Below, piece by piece: positions 8,718-17,639 of a DNA stretch of 64,000 bases. Within the stretch, counting starts at the first letter, position 1. Every line of letters starts with the position of its first letter. Made by a program: the position numbers and the translations under genes. The notes under the pieces are model-generated. The model saw only the letters and a list, made by a program, of their open reading frames with translations, searched no databases and was not told where the DNA came from. The stretch is from the sequence record NC_061446.1; one strand, given 5' to 3'.

Positions 8718-9980
8718 ATGGCACGTGGATTTGGTGACATTCAAGATAACAGCAAACGCGATAGTTTGCGTGAATCAGAAATCTTTGAAATCTTCCCGCT
8801 GGCGAAGAAAGCAAACGGCAACTGGGTTTCAATTCGTCTGTTAGATCTCGACCTGCTTCCGATTAAGAAGCACTGGATCAAGATCATGGGCGGGAAAGAC
8901 AAAGACAAAGAGATCAAAATCCCGCGCATGTGCGTTAGCTTCGACCCGGACAATCAGAACAAACCTCTGAACGGTATGAAGTGTCCGTACTGCGGCATCG
9001 CTCACGGCAACGACGAATCTGGTGCACCGGCGCAGTACGACTATAAGTGGTACGCACAGGCAATCATTCGTGACGAGCAGGCTGCTGCGCCGCGTAAAAT
9101 GCCGAAGATGACCAAGAAAGAAGAGAAGTCAGGTAAGAAAGAAATGGGCAGCGAGTCTTGGACTCCTGTGCAGTGTATTCCTCTGTCTAACTCTCTGGCT
9201 GGTAAAATCCGCGAGCTGGGTGAACGTAACATTCACACGGTCAAAGATAAAAAGTCTGGCAAGAAGTCTAAGCAGGCATTTCAGGTTAACCATCCGAAGT
9301 ATGGCTGCGATATTGAAATCAAATACAACGCCAAAAAATCTCCAGCAGAGCGTTACACCATCGAACGTGGCGATCATACTCCACTGACGAAAGAAGAACA
9401 GGCGTACCTGACCTGGGACTTCGACAACTGGAACGAAATCTACGACATGCTGGGCCGTCTGAACGAAGAAGCTGCTATGGCTGACTTCAAGAAGATGGAC
9501 GTTATCGGCGTTAACACCAACGATTCTGACGATGGTGATGACGATGACGATGACGACGATGATATGGCGCTGGGCCGCAAAAAGAAAGGCGGCAAAGCGG
9601 ACAAGAAAAAACGTCGCAGCGATGATGACGATGACGACGAAGATGATGACGATGAAGATGATCGTCCGTCCAAGAAGTCTAAAAAGGCGACCAAGTCTCG
9701 TAAAATGTTAGACGATGACGAGGACGACGAAGACGACGAAGACGACGAAGATGATCGTCCGTCGAAGAAAAAGAAATCTTCGAAGGACAAAAAGTCCTCG
9801 AAGGTCAAGTCTAAGAAGTCCAAGAAGTCAGATGATGACGACGAAGACGACGAAGACGAAAAGCCTAAGAAGAAGAAAAAGTCTTCTGACAAGGTGAAGT
9901 CCTCCGTTAAGAAGAAAAAGAAATCTTCTGACGACGATGACGACGACGCGCCGAAGAAAAAGAAGAAAAAGAAAAAGTAA
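8718..9980 (+). CDS. gp32-like single-stranded DNA-binding protein with long D/K block tail
   Basis: IRLL..KHWI..C....CPYC...GCDIEI..Y pattern typical of gp32-family SSBs. Lies directly upstream of recA. The tail is about 150 aa of alternating poly-D/E and poly-K. Confidence 0.65.
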   Translation: MARGFGDIQDNSKRDSLRESEIFEIFPLAKKANGNWVSIRLLDLDLLPIKKHWIKIMGGKDKDKEIKIPRMCVSFDPDNQNKPLNGMKCPYCGIAHGNDESGAPAQYDYKWYAQAIIRDEQAAAPRKMPKMTKKEEKSGKKEMGSESWTPVQCIPLSNSLAGKIRELGERNIHTVKDKKSGKKSKQAFQVNHPKYGCDIEIKYNAKKSPAERYTIERGDHTPLTKEEQAYLTWDFDNWNEIYDMLGRLNEEAAMADFKKMDVIGVNTNDSDDGDDDDDDDDDMALGRKKKGGKADKKKRRSDDDDDDEDDDDEDDRPSKKSKKATKSRKMLDDDEDDEDDEDDEDDRPSKKKKSSKDKKSSKVKSKKSKKSDDDDEDDEDEKPKKKKKSSDKVKSSVKKKKKSSDDDDDDAPKKKKKKKK

Positions 9981-9988
9981 TGTGAAAC

Positions 9989-10015
9989 AGGGTGGCTAAC
10001 GCCACCCTTTCTTTT
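9989..10015 (+). terminator. intrinsic terminator
   Basis: GGGTGGC-TAAC-GCCACCC then TTTCTTTT. Confidence 0.8.
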
Positions 10016-10037
10016 CTCTAATCTGGACCACCAAACA

Positions 10038-12563
10038 ATGGCGAAAACGAACAACAAGGCTGAGAAGAAAGCTGAGAAGAAAGCTAAAGTCAAAGCCGGT
10101 AAGACAAAAGGCAAAGCAGTCGCCTCTGATGATATTGGCGGCGTAGAAGTAGCAGGCTTTGACCTCGGTAGTCTGATGGACGATGTGCTTGACGGCATCG
10201 AAAAGAAAACGAAAGTAAGCTCGCAGGACGCAGCGCGACACGCACCTCGTATCTCTACTGGTGTGCTGGCGCTTGATATGTACCTTGACGGCGGCATCGT
10301 ACCTGGTGGCTGGTACACCTTCAGCGGCGGTGAGCAGTCCTGTAAGTCAACAATGACCATGAGTATCATGGCGAGTCTGATTCGTCTGAAATACTCTGGC
10401 ATTAGCGTAGTGTTCGACTACGAAGGTTCTACCGATGCTGACTACGTTGCTGGCCAGCTCAAAACGTTTGGCGTTACTGTTGACGCGAAGACTATCTTTG
10501 GTGTGCGTGACGGTGATGACGGCAACTGGATTATCAAACCGCGTATTCGCTACTACGCGCCGGACAACGGTGAGCGCTTCTTCGATTATATGTCGATGCT
10601 GCGCCGTCGTCTGCCTGATAAGATCGTCGATAAAGACGGTAGCTCGTACTACATCTTTGAGAACAACAAAGAGAACGCCAAGAAAGTCGCAGGCAAGTAC
10701 GATAAGAAGTGGTTCAGCCGTAACAACCAGTTCAAAGTTCCTGCGTCTGACGGCCACATGCAGGCGATGGTTATCGTTGACTCATATCCTGCAATGATGC
10801 CGGATCAGGTAGATGATGACGATGGCTCAAAAGCAATGGCGCTGCAAGCGCGTATGTTCTCTGACGGCATCAAACGTTTCCGTGGCGGTATGCGTCGTAA
10901 GATGATGACTATCGTTGGCGTTAACCAGTTGCGTCAGAAGCCTGCTGTGATGTTCGGTAGCCCTGAGTATGAGCCTGGCGGTGATGCGTTGAAGTTCTAT
11001 TGCTTCGACCGTGACACTCTGATTCGTACCGACCACGGTGTGATGACTGCACCTGAGATCGCGCAACTGCTGAAAGATGGCGTTAAAGTTTGCGTTGAAT
11101 CGTTCGATGGTTATCAGCAAATCAATGGCGCGTGGAAAGTTGAAGACGCTCCGTTCCCAATCGAACTGACTGCTGGTGGCCATAGCTACATCGGTAGCGC
11201 AGAGCACCGTCAGTTTGTTCTGGTGCCGGGCGTAACTGCTGATGGCACGAACGTGTTTTATCCTGAGTGGCGTACTCTGAACGAGATGGCTACCGGTGGG
11301 CACGAAGGTGTATACGCTGGTCTGCGTGTACCGCCTGTCAAAGAACTGAAACAGAACGTACCTGATGCGTTCGATGATGCGAGCCAGCTGGTAAGTAGCT
11401 TGCTTGCTAACTGCGATCCTGTAAGCGTTCAACTGCCTCTGGCCGCGCAGGGTGATACTACCTATGCGGCGAACGTGCTGACCATTGACGTAGTTGGTGA
11501 GAGCACTGATTCTTCTGACTTCTCGTTCTGGGCCAAGAAGCTGCTGGACATTGGCGTATTCGCTTATGCTGATGAACGTGGTATTCACATGCCTGGTCTG
11601 AACAAGCATGAGCTGGAAGAAGCTGTTGCGCAGAATGCTGATGGTGCGTTCCGCGGTCTGTCTTATGCAGCCACCTGTCGTCAACGTCAAACGCAGATGC
11701 TGATCGCTATCGCTGATCGCTTCCCGGAACTGACTCGCTATGTTCTGGACTATCAGTTACAGGCAGGCGAAGCTAAAATCTATCTGGCGCCGGAGAACGA
11801 TTTTGCCGAAGCGCTCGACCTGATTTTGCATCGTGAGATTGACGGGTATGATGACCTGTATGATCTGCTGATGCAGCAACTGGCTTACGTTGAAGACTGG
11901 TACAACTTCGATAGCTCTATCGTGCCTGTGTTGTTCTCGCTGAAAGTGCTGAACAAAGAAGTTGAGTTCTGGGACGTTAACGTTGCCGAGACTTCTGTGG
12001 TTATCACTAACGGCTTCGTATCGCATAACAGCGACGTGCGTGTTCGTCTGGCTTCTCGTGCAGTGCCCGAAGGTTGGCCGAAACTCAAAGACGCGCCTGG
12101 TGTTGTTGGTGAGAAGTCTGTTACTGTTGATGGAGGTACTGACCGCTATCGTTTCATCGCTGCTAAGACCATCAAGAACAAGATGGGTGGCATCCCGAAC
12201 CAGAGCACGTGGTTGCGTCTGTGGGAAGCTGACGGTAATGGTGAAGCGCGCGGCTTCGACCCGGTGTTCGATACGTGGCACTATCTGAAAGTTCTCGGCC
12301 TGATCAACGGCACACGTAAGAGCTTTAAGATCAAAGCGCCGTGCCCTCTGGCTTCCGAAGTCAAGATGGACTGGGACGACTTCCGTACTCTTATCAACGG
12401 CACCAAGACACAAGTTGTCGATGTGTGTAAGAAGTTGAAAGTCAAACCTGCCGGCCTGCGTCTGTGGTGCTTCAAGTTCGTGCAGTCTGCGAAAGGCAAA
12501 GAAATGTTGAAAGCGTCTATCAGTAAGTCTGCGAAGACTTCTGGTGATGAAGACGACGAGTAA
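10038..12563 (+). CDS. recA: RecA/UvsX recombinase (498-aa extein) interrupted by an intein
   Basis: ISTGVLALDMYLDGG, Walker A GGEQSCKST, VIVDS, ALQARMFS, NQLRQK and PGGDALKFY|SDVRV motifs. Confidence 0.92.
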   Translation: MAKTNNKAEKKAEKKAKVKAGKTKGKAVASDDIGGVEVAGFDLGSLMDDVLDGIEKKTKVSSQDAARHAPRISTGVLALDMYLDGGIVPGGWYTFSGGEQSCKSTMTMSIMASLIRLKYSGISVVFDYEGSTDADYVAGQLKTFGVTVDAKTIFGVRDGDDGNWIIKPRIRYYAPDNGERFFDYMSMLRRRLPDKIVDKDGSSYYIFENNKENAKKVAGKYDKKWFSRNNQFKVPASDGHMQAMVIVDSYPAMMPDQVDDDDGSKAMALQARMFSDGIKRFRGGMRRKMMTIVGVNQLRQKPAVMFGSPEYEPGGDALKFYCFDRDTLIRTDHGVMTAPEIAQLLKDGVKVCVESFDGYQQINGAWKVEDAPFPIELTAGGHSYIGSAEHRQFVLVPGVTADGTNVFYPEWRTLNEMATGGHEGVYAGLRVPPVKELKQNVPDAFDDASQLVSSLLANCDPVSVQLPLAAQGDTTYAANVLTIDVVGESTDSSDFSFWAKKLLDIGVFAYADERGIHMPGLNKHELEEAVAQNADGAFRGLSYAATCRQRQTQMLIAIADRFPELTRYVLDYQLQAGEAKIYLAPENDFAEALDLILHREIDGYDDLYDLLMQQLAYVEDWYNFDSSIVPVLFSLKVLNKEVEFWDVNVAETSVVITNGFVSHNSDVRVRLASRAVPEGWPKLKDAPGVVGEKSVTVDGGTDRYRFIAAKTIKNKMGGIPNQSTWLRLWEADGNGEARGFDPVFDTWHYLKVLGLINGTRKSFKIKAPCPLASEVKMDWDDFRTLINGTKTQVVDVCKKLKVKPAGLRLWCFKFVQSAKGKEMLKASISKSAKTSGDEDDE
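11001..12029 (+). mobile_element. intein (343 aa) in RecA, with an apparently degenerate LAGLIDADG region
   Basis: Begins at Cys (CFDRDTLIRT), has a block B SAEH motif and ends VITNGFVSHN followed by Ser+1. Inserted in GGDALKFY/S, which corresponds to the RecA-b site known from Mycobacterium leprae. Confidence 0.92.
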
Positions 12564-12570
12564 TAAACGT

Positions 12571-12596
12571 GGGAGGGCTTCGGCTCTCCCTTTATT
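12571..12596 (+). terminator. intrinsic terminator
   Basis: GGGAGGGC-TTCG-GCTCTCCC then TTTATT. Confidence 0.8.
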
Positions 12597-12612
12597 CGTG
12601 TAAGGAGAACCA

Positions 12613-13035
12613 ATGCGTACTCAAATCTTTACCGCTGATATTGTTAACCTGCAAACGACCACAACCAACGAAGAAACAGGCGAAGAGATTGTCACACAAA
12701 CAATCGTGCCTAATGTCGAAGGTGAACTGACAATCAGTGTTGGTGAACTGTCTCGTCTGTCTGAAAGCCTGAGCGAGCCTACCGACTCTGACTGTCGCCT
12801 GATTGTTATCGTGTCTCCTGATGCAACGCCGGTCTTCTATGATGAAGCGCTGTCCAGCTACTTCGACCCAATCGAGCGTATCGCTGATATCCAGGCAGGC
12901 AATATCGGTACCATCAACGGTCTGCAAGTCATTCGCGGCCTGCAAGGCGATCACCCTTACGTTGCAGTTGTCGAAGTACGTGACGCTGATACCGTAGAGA
13001 TCGTTCGCTACAACGCGTCTGTAGTAAAACTGTAA
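12613..13035 (+). CDS. hypothetical protein
   Basis: AAGGAG SD, 140 aa. Confidence 0.8.
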   Translation: MRTQIFTADIVNLQTTTTNEETGEEIVTQTIVPNVEGELTISVGELSRLSESLSEPTDSDCRLIVIVSPDATPVFYDEALSSYFDPIERIADIQAGNIGTINGLQVIRGLQGDHPYVAVVEVRDADTVEIVRYNASVVKL

Positions 13036-13037
13036 AT
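13030..13037 (+). promoter_or_regulatory. CTGTAAAT box (overlaps a stop codon)
   Basis: Recurrent motif, here also the Leu codon plus stop. Confidence 0.45.
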
Positions 13038-13089
13038 ACTGATCAACAACCGAACACATTGCTGTGTGTAGTCTCGCCCTATTTGGGCA

Positions 13090-13121
13090 GGGGAGAGCCG
13101 GATGGCCTCCCCATTTTTTTT
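13090..13121 (+). terminator. intrinsic terminator
   Basis: GGGGAG(A)GCC-GGAT-GGCCTCCCC, then A and T8. Confidence 0.8.
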
Positions 13122-13144
13122 GTCTGCGCCAGTAGGAGAACAGC

Positions 13145-14137
13145 ATGTCTCAATCAACACCACAAACGTTTCTCGATCTATTTCTGAAAGACGTTAGAAA
13201 GTTTCTGCCTATGTTTGACAAAGGCCTCGATGCTTACTTCTTGAAATGTAAAGGCAAGCCTGGTCAGTCTGGTGTGTCGTTGCATCAATATCTGAAATGG
13301 TTGAATCCTATAGCCAAACCACCAGAGAACGCGAGCAAACTGGCTGTAGTTATCTCTGGGTATCTGCATTACTTCTGGCAGTTGTCTAAACCCAACTTCG
13401 TATTCGAACCGGTGCTTATGAATCACATGGCTGATTCAGAGCTGCCAGAGACGATACCCGCCGAGATACTGCAACGCCTCCCGTATTGGTGTCAGTGGAT
13501 AACGTTGCCTATCAATCTTGCGACTGCTGGAAATACAATGCGGTTGGACTTTGATGGAGCTTTCGTAGGCTATACTGAGATCGAAAGACGACCAGCGCTG
13601 GTTCTCGTCGCACCTTTTGTTTCTTCTGATGACAGCATCAAAACGAATGGCTTCACACCTTCGGTAACATCTTACGTCTATCTGGATGAACCTGTTAATC
13701 ACCTATCGTTTGTGAAGAACAGCCATCTGCTCAACGTCAGTGACCGAATGCCTGACGTGTTCTTTCGTGAGTTGATGTTTGGCGCATATCACTACCTGAC
13801 AAAGATTGTTAACTGTGTCATGTATATATGCTCACAGCAACAAGCGTTGTACCAAGAAGGTCATTCTCAACCTAAGCCTCAACGTTTAGGCAAAAGCTAT
13901 CGCATCATGCCACCGAAGACTGATCGCATGATCACGGTAGGTGCTGAGATGACCAAGATTCTCAAAGACTTTGAAGCAGAAGTCGAAGCATGTACTCGCG
14001 CTTTCAATGGACGCAAACCGCACATACGAAAAGCGCACTACCATCACTTTTGGACAGGACCGAGGGTAGGTCTTCGTAGCCTCGTCTGCAAGTGGTTGCC
14101 ACCAAGTATTGTTCGCGGCACTATCGTAGAACAATAA
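13145..14137 (+). CDS. conserved phage hypothetical protein
   Basis: 330 aa. The C-terminal PHIRKAHYHHFWTG...KWLPP motif is common in phage proteins of unknown function. Confidence 0.8.
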   Translation: MSQSTPQTFLDLFLKDVRKFLPMFDKGLDAYFLKCKGKPGQSGVSLHQYLKWLNPIAKPPENASKLAVVISGYLHYFWQLSKPNFVFEPVLMNHMADSELPETIPAEILQRLPYWCQWITLPINLATAGNTMRLDFDGAFVGYTEIERRPALVLVAPFVSSDDSIKTNGFTPSVTSYVYLDEPVNHLSFVKNSHLLNVSDRMPDVFFRELMFGAYHYLTKIVNCVMYICSQQQALYQEGHSQPKPQRLGKSYRIMPPKTDRMITVGAEMTKILKDFEAEVEACTRAFNGRKPHIRKAHYHHFWTGPRVGLRSLVCKWLPPSIVRGTIVEQ

Positions 14138-14181
14138 CTTTAACTCAACTCCACGTATGGGCGTTATGCCCGGAGGTCAAT

Positions 14182-14940
14182 ATGTCTCGTGTACAAACTC
14201 TATGGATTCCTGATATGGAATCGTATGAACCTTACATCCGCTCTCTGTGTCATATGGCGCGGGCGCTGGAAAACAATGGACTGAACTACGGCAAGATGAA
14301 GCGTGTCGTGTTCATCGGTCTGTCAAAGCGTAGTGTTGAGTCCTACGTTAAACAGCTTCTCAATTCAAACACGTTGCCGAATACGCTCGTTTGCTTCGGC
14401 ATCGACGAACCACCTGTTAGTCATCGTGAGTTCTCCTTCATCGGTTCGCATGTTGTGCTGATGCACGACCTGACATATGCAGGAGACAACGCGATGGGCC
14501 GCGTGTCGCAGCGTGTTCTCGAAATCATCCTGAGCCTGAAACAAAAGCCTGAGGATCGTGAACTTAAAAACGGTGCGCTATCTCTTGTGTATCAGAACCC
14601 GATGCTGTGGTCCTATATCAGAGACAACGGCGCCAGCATGTACAACCACAACCCACGTATTCAATACGCAGAAGGTCTGGTATCGTCTATTGGCGTTGAG
14701 CAACTCATGTCCTGCAAAGACAACGAAGACTATCACAAGCTCCACGCACCTGTTATTACGATCGGCCTGGAGTTCTTCCACGTCAAGCCTGATGAATTGC
14801 TTGCGCGACTCTGCAACCTGATGTGGTCACTCGGATCAACCACCAGCGAGTTTAAGGACAATTATAAGATCGTGCTGCATGACGACTTCCGCCTCGCTTT
14901 CTTCGAAGAATTTCTGCTGAGAGAGTTTAAGGGGTTTTAA
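14182..14940 (+). CDS. hypothetical protein
   Basis: GGAGG SD before ATG 14182. Confidence 0.8.
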   Translation: MSRVQTLWIPDMESYEPYIRSLCHMARALENNGLNYGKMKRVVFIGLSKRSVESYVKQLLNSNTLPNTLVCFGIDEPPVSHREFSFIGSHVVLMHDLTYAGDNAMGRVSQRVLEIILSLKQKPEDRELKNGALSLVYQNPMLWSYIRDNGASMYNHNPRIQYAEGLVSSIGVEQLMSCKDNEDYHKLHAPVITIGLEFFHVKPDELLARLCNLMWSLGSTTSEFKDNYKIVLHDDFRLAFFEEFLLREFKGF

Positions 14941-15016
14941 GACTATTCTGAGTTTCGTCATTAATTTCTCCAAGTTAGCAAGAAGTGCTGACTAAATAGT
15001 TATTTGGAGAAATAAC

Positions 15017-15277
15017 ATGTGCGAACGTAGCCTCGTACGGTTGAAGTACATCGCACGGTCATCGAACTGGTGCAATAATAAAGTAAACGCTTGTAGTAAG
15101 CGGAAGGCGACGAACGTACAATGCGAAGATTTTTTAGCAGTAACAAAAGATTGTCGCAGTGTGCAGGACTCGTCCAATGTTGTTTCCTTCTTCAAAGGCC
15201 AAGAGCTGGTGGGTCAAGCTGTTTGGCAAGAGAAGAAGGGAGAACACATACTTCAATTCCGACTACTACTCGCATAA
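15017..15277 (+). CDS. hypothetical Cys-containing protein
   Basis: GGAG SD, 86 aa. Confidence 0.55.
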   Translation: MCERSLVRLKYIARSSNWCNNKVNACSKRKATNVQCEDFLAVTKDCRSVQDSSNVVSFFKGQELVGQAVWQEKKGEHILQFRLLLA

Positions 15278-15336
15278 CTTTCCTAATAGGGCTATCAGAG
15301 CAATCTGGTGGCCCTTCTTCATTTCTAGGAGCTGTC

Positions 15337-15603
15337 ATGCCGTACCACCTGCAACTGCAAGAGAAACACTTTAGAGCTATTGAAGACCATGCAGATCAAA
15401 TCATCGGTCTGTCTGCTTTGGTATCGAAGTTAGCTGAGGACGATATTGTCGTTGTCAATGTGTCCGTGTCGCGTCCACAAGACGCGGGTGTTCCCATTAC
15501 CGTTGTTCGTGACGGCTGCGAGCGATACTTGGAGGTGCAAAGAGCGCCGTGGCCTATCTCACCTGATTCACCTTCTATCGAAATAGCAATCGTTCAATAC
15601 TGA
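15337..15603 (+). CDS. hypothetical protein
   Basis: AGGAG SD before ATG 15337 (MPYHLQ). Confidence 0.7.
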   Translation: MPYHLQLQEKHFRAIEDHADQIIGLSALVSKLAEDDIVVVNVSVSRPQDAGVPITVVRDGCERYLEVQRAPWPISPDSPSIEIAIVQY

Positions 15604-15608
15604 CGCTT

Positions 15609-15633
15609 AGGCTGCCCTCGTTGGCGGCCTTTT
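15609..15633 (+). terminator. intrinsic terminator
   Basis: AGGCTGCC-CTCGTT-GGCGGCCT then TTT. Confidence 0.65.
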
Positions 15634-15683
15634 CTATTTCTATGCTAATTTCATCTTGCATTCACTCGCACTGGAGAGACACT

Positions 15684-16334
15684 ATGGAAATCTACGTTTC
15701 ACTATCGAAGCAGGAAGAACCGCCGATAGTAACAGAGATCGACCAAAAGGCGCCTCGCATTAATGACAACAGCAAAGTGGGCCAAGTATTCGACGTTCAC
15801 GTTCTACAGCAAATGAGTTACCTCGATATGAAGAACATTCGTGGTGACGCAGGAGCGAAGTACGCCAAAGCTATTGCTGATTGGCTCAATAGTCAGAGGT
15901 CGATCGACAATAAGTTTCGCGTATCAAACAGAAGTAAAATCTCGATTGCTGTAAAGAATACGCAACAGTTGGCTGCGCGTTATCGCAACATCTATCTGTT
16001 AAGTCCTGAAAGCAATAAAGATCGCTGCTGGTTGCTGGTGGGTGAAGGCCCGCACGACAACAAGCAGACTGTGGAGATTGGTCGGAGTCTTCAAATGGAT
16101 GTGCTATATGCTTCCGTTCGTACTATGCTTGCGTCACACTTACCGACCGACGAGTGGCCAGGCGACAATACATACGAACATGTTCAATTGGAGTTGGACA
16201 AACGGGGCAAACATGGTGGTCGCGTGACTAAGCGTCATTACACGTTTGCAAAAGAAAATGAAAATACACTGATCACGATGATGCAGGACGGGTTGTCCAT
16301 TGCAGAAATCACCGATTGGGTTCTGAAACAGTAA
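15684..16334 (+). CDS. MEIYVSLS-start protein
   Basis: GGAG SD, starts MEIYVSLSK. Confidence 0.8.
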   Translation: MEIYVSLSKQEEPPIVTEIDQKAPRINDNSKVGQVFDVHVLQQMSYLDMKNIRGDAGAKYAKAIADWLNSQRSIDNKFRVSNRSKISIAVKNTQQLAARYRNIYLLSPESNKDRCWLLVGEGPHDNKQTVEIGRSLQMDVLYASVRTMLASHLPTDEWPGDNTYEHVQLELDKRGKHGGRVTKRHYTFAKENENTLITMMQDGLSIAEITDWVLKQ

Positions 16335-16343
16335 GAGGAATCT

Positions 16344-17594
16344 ATGTCCCTGATTAAAATCGAAGGCATTGCATCCACATCTGCTCCGACCAAGGCGCAG
16401 AAAGATGCTGCCGTTTATTTGTTTGGCTCCAAAGGTCATTCAATCGTTGCAGTGCTCGACAAATTCAGTCGCGCCAAAGAACTGCGTACAGCTCACCTTG
16501 ACGGTCTGCTCAAGCTGATGAAAGAAGGCGAAGATGACGAGATCATCAAGTTCGCTGCGTCAACTCCAGGCAAGAAAACAATCGCTAACGCCAAGGCCTT
16601 TGCTGTGGCAAAGACTCTGACTGCTGCGATCAAAGCGCTGAAACTGATCCGTGTACCTGTTAAGTGGGTAGAAGGTCATTCTGATGCGGCTGCTGCTCGT
16701 GCTCAGGAGACTAAAGAGATTCGCGCACGTAAGACTGCGGGTAATAAGCCTGAGAAGCCTATCAAGCTCGACAACCCAGGTGCACCGGAAGCGGAAGATG
16801 TAAGTCCGGCCGCATTGTTTGATGCCGCATTGAAAAACAAAAACAAAGCGCCGTTCGAGGCTGTCAACAAAGCAGTTGCAGCCTCCGTAAAACAGTTTGG
16901 TCTGAAAACTGAACTGGACCTAAGCAAGCGCGGTAAGGCGATGATTCTGATTAAGCTGGGTCGCGGTATCGAAGGCACAATCACCTTCCCATCAAATACG
17001 CGTAAGCTCGATTGGCCTCACGATGATCCGAACCAGTTCTATCTCTCTGCTCAGAATGCCGAAGAGATGGATGTTGTTATGGACTACGTGCCGGCAACTT
17101 TCAAGAACGCGCCAAAGACTATTGCCAAAGCATTCGAATCTCTGTGGGAAAAAGCAATGCGCGGTGAGAACGGTGACTTACCTGTATCTCGCCCTGGTAA
17201 GAAGGCTACTCGCACAAAAAAGTCTGAGCCCGCTGCTAATCCTAAGGCGCCTCTGCCCTACACGCCGTCTGGTAAATCCGACATCACTTTGGTGGACGAA
17301 CTGGCAGAAGTTACAGCACGTAAAATCTCTGCTAAACCTTTGCAGGCGCGTGAGGAATATTTCAATGCCCTGCGTAACACTCTGCATTCCAATCTGCGCA
17401 ATTCTGTAGTCAACACTACATCTGACGGTGTGACTGTAGCTATGGGCAGCAAGCTGTATACAATCCGTCTGGCCGACAATACGTGGACCATTCAGACTGG
17501 TGCTACAGGTAAGCCGAAGAAGATTGGTGCAACGTTCGATATTGTTGACGTGCTTGGCATGATCGATAAAAGCATTTTGCGCCCTAAAGGGTAA
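16344..17594 (+). CDS. K/A-rich hypothetical protein
   Basis: GAGGA SD, 416 aa, basic and Pro-rich linkers. Confidence 0.8.
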   Translation: MSLIKIEGIASTSAPTKAQKDAAVYLFGSKGHSIVAVLDKFSRAKELRTAHLDGLLKLMKEGEDDEIIKFAASTPGKKTIANAKAFAVAKTLTAAIKALKLIRVPVKWVEGHSDAAAARAQETKEIRARKTAGNKPEKPIKLDNPGAPEAEDVSPAALFDAALKNKNKAPFEAVNKAVAASVKQFGLKTELDLSKRGKAMILIKLGRGIEGTITFPSNTRKLDWPHDDPNQFYLSAQNAEEMDVVMDYVPATFKNAPKTIAKAFESLWEKAMRGENGDLPVSRPGKKATRTKKSEPAANPKAPLPYTPSGKSDITLVDELAEVTARKISAKPLQAREEYFNALRNTLHSNLRNSVVNTTSDGVTVAMGSKLYTIRLADNTWTIQTGATGKPKKIGATFDIVDVLGMIDKSILRPKG

Positions 17595-17596
17595 CC

Positions 17597-17623
17597 AAAA
17601 GGGTGGCTTCGGCCGCCCTTTTT
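17597..17623 (+). terminator. intrinsic terminator, potentially bidirectional
   Basis: AAAAGGGTGGC-TTCG-GCCGCCCTTTTT, with A/T tracts on both sides. Confidence 0.8.
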
Positions 17624-17639
17624 CATTTATTTCTGTGCC

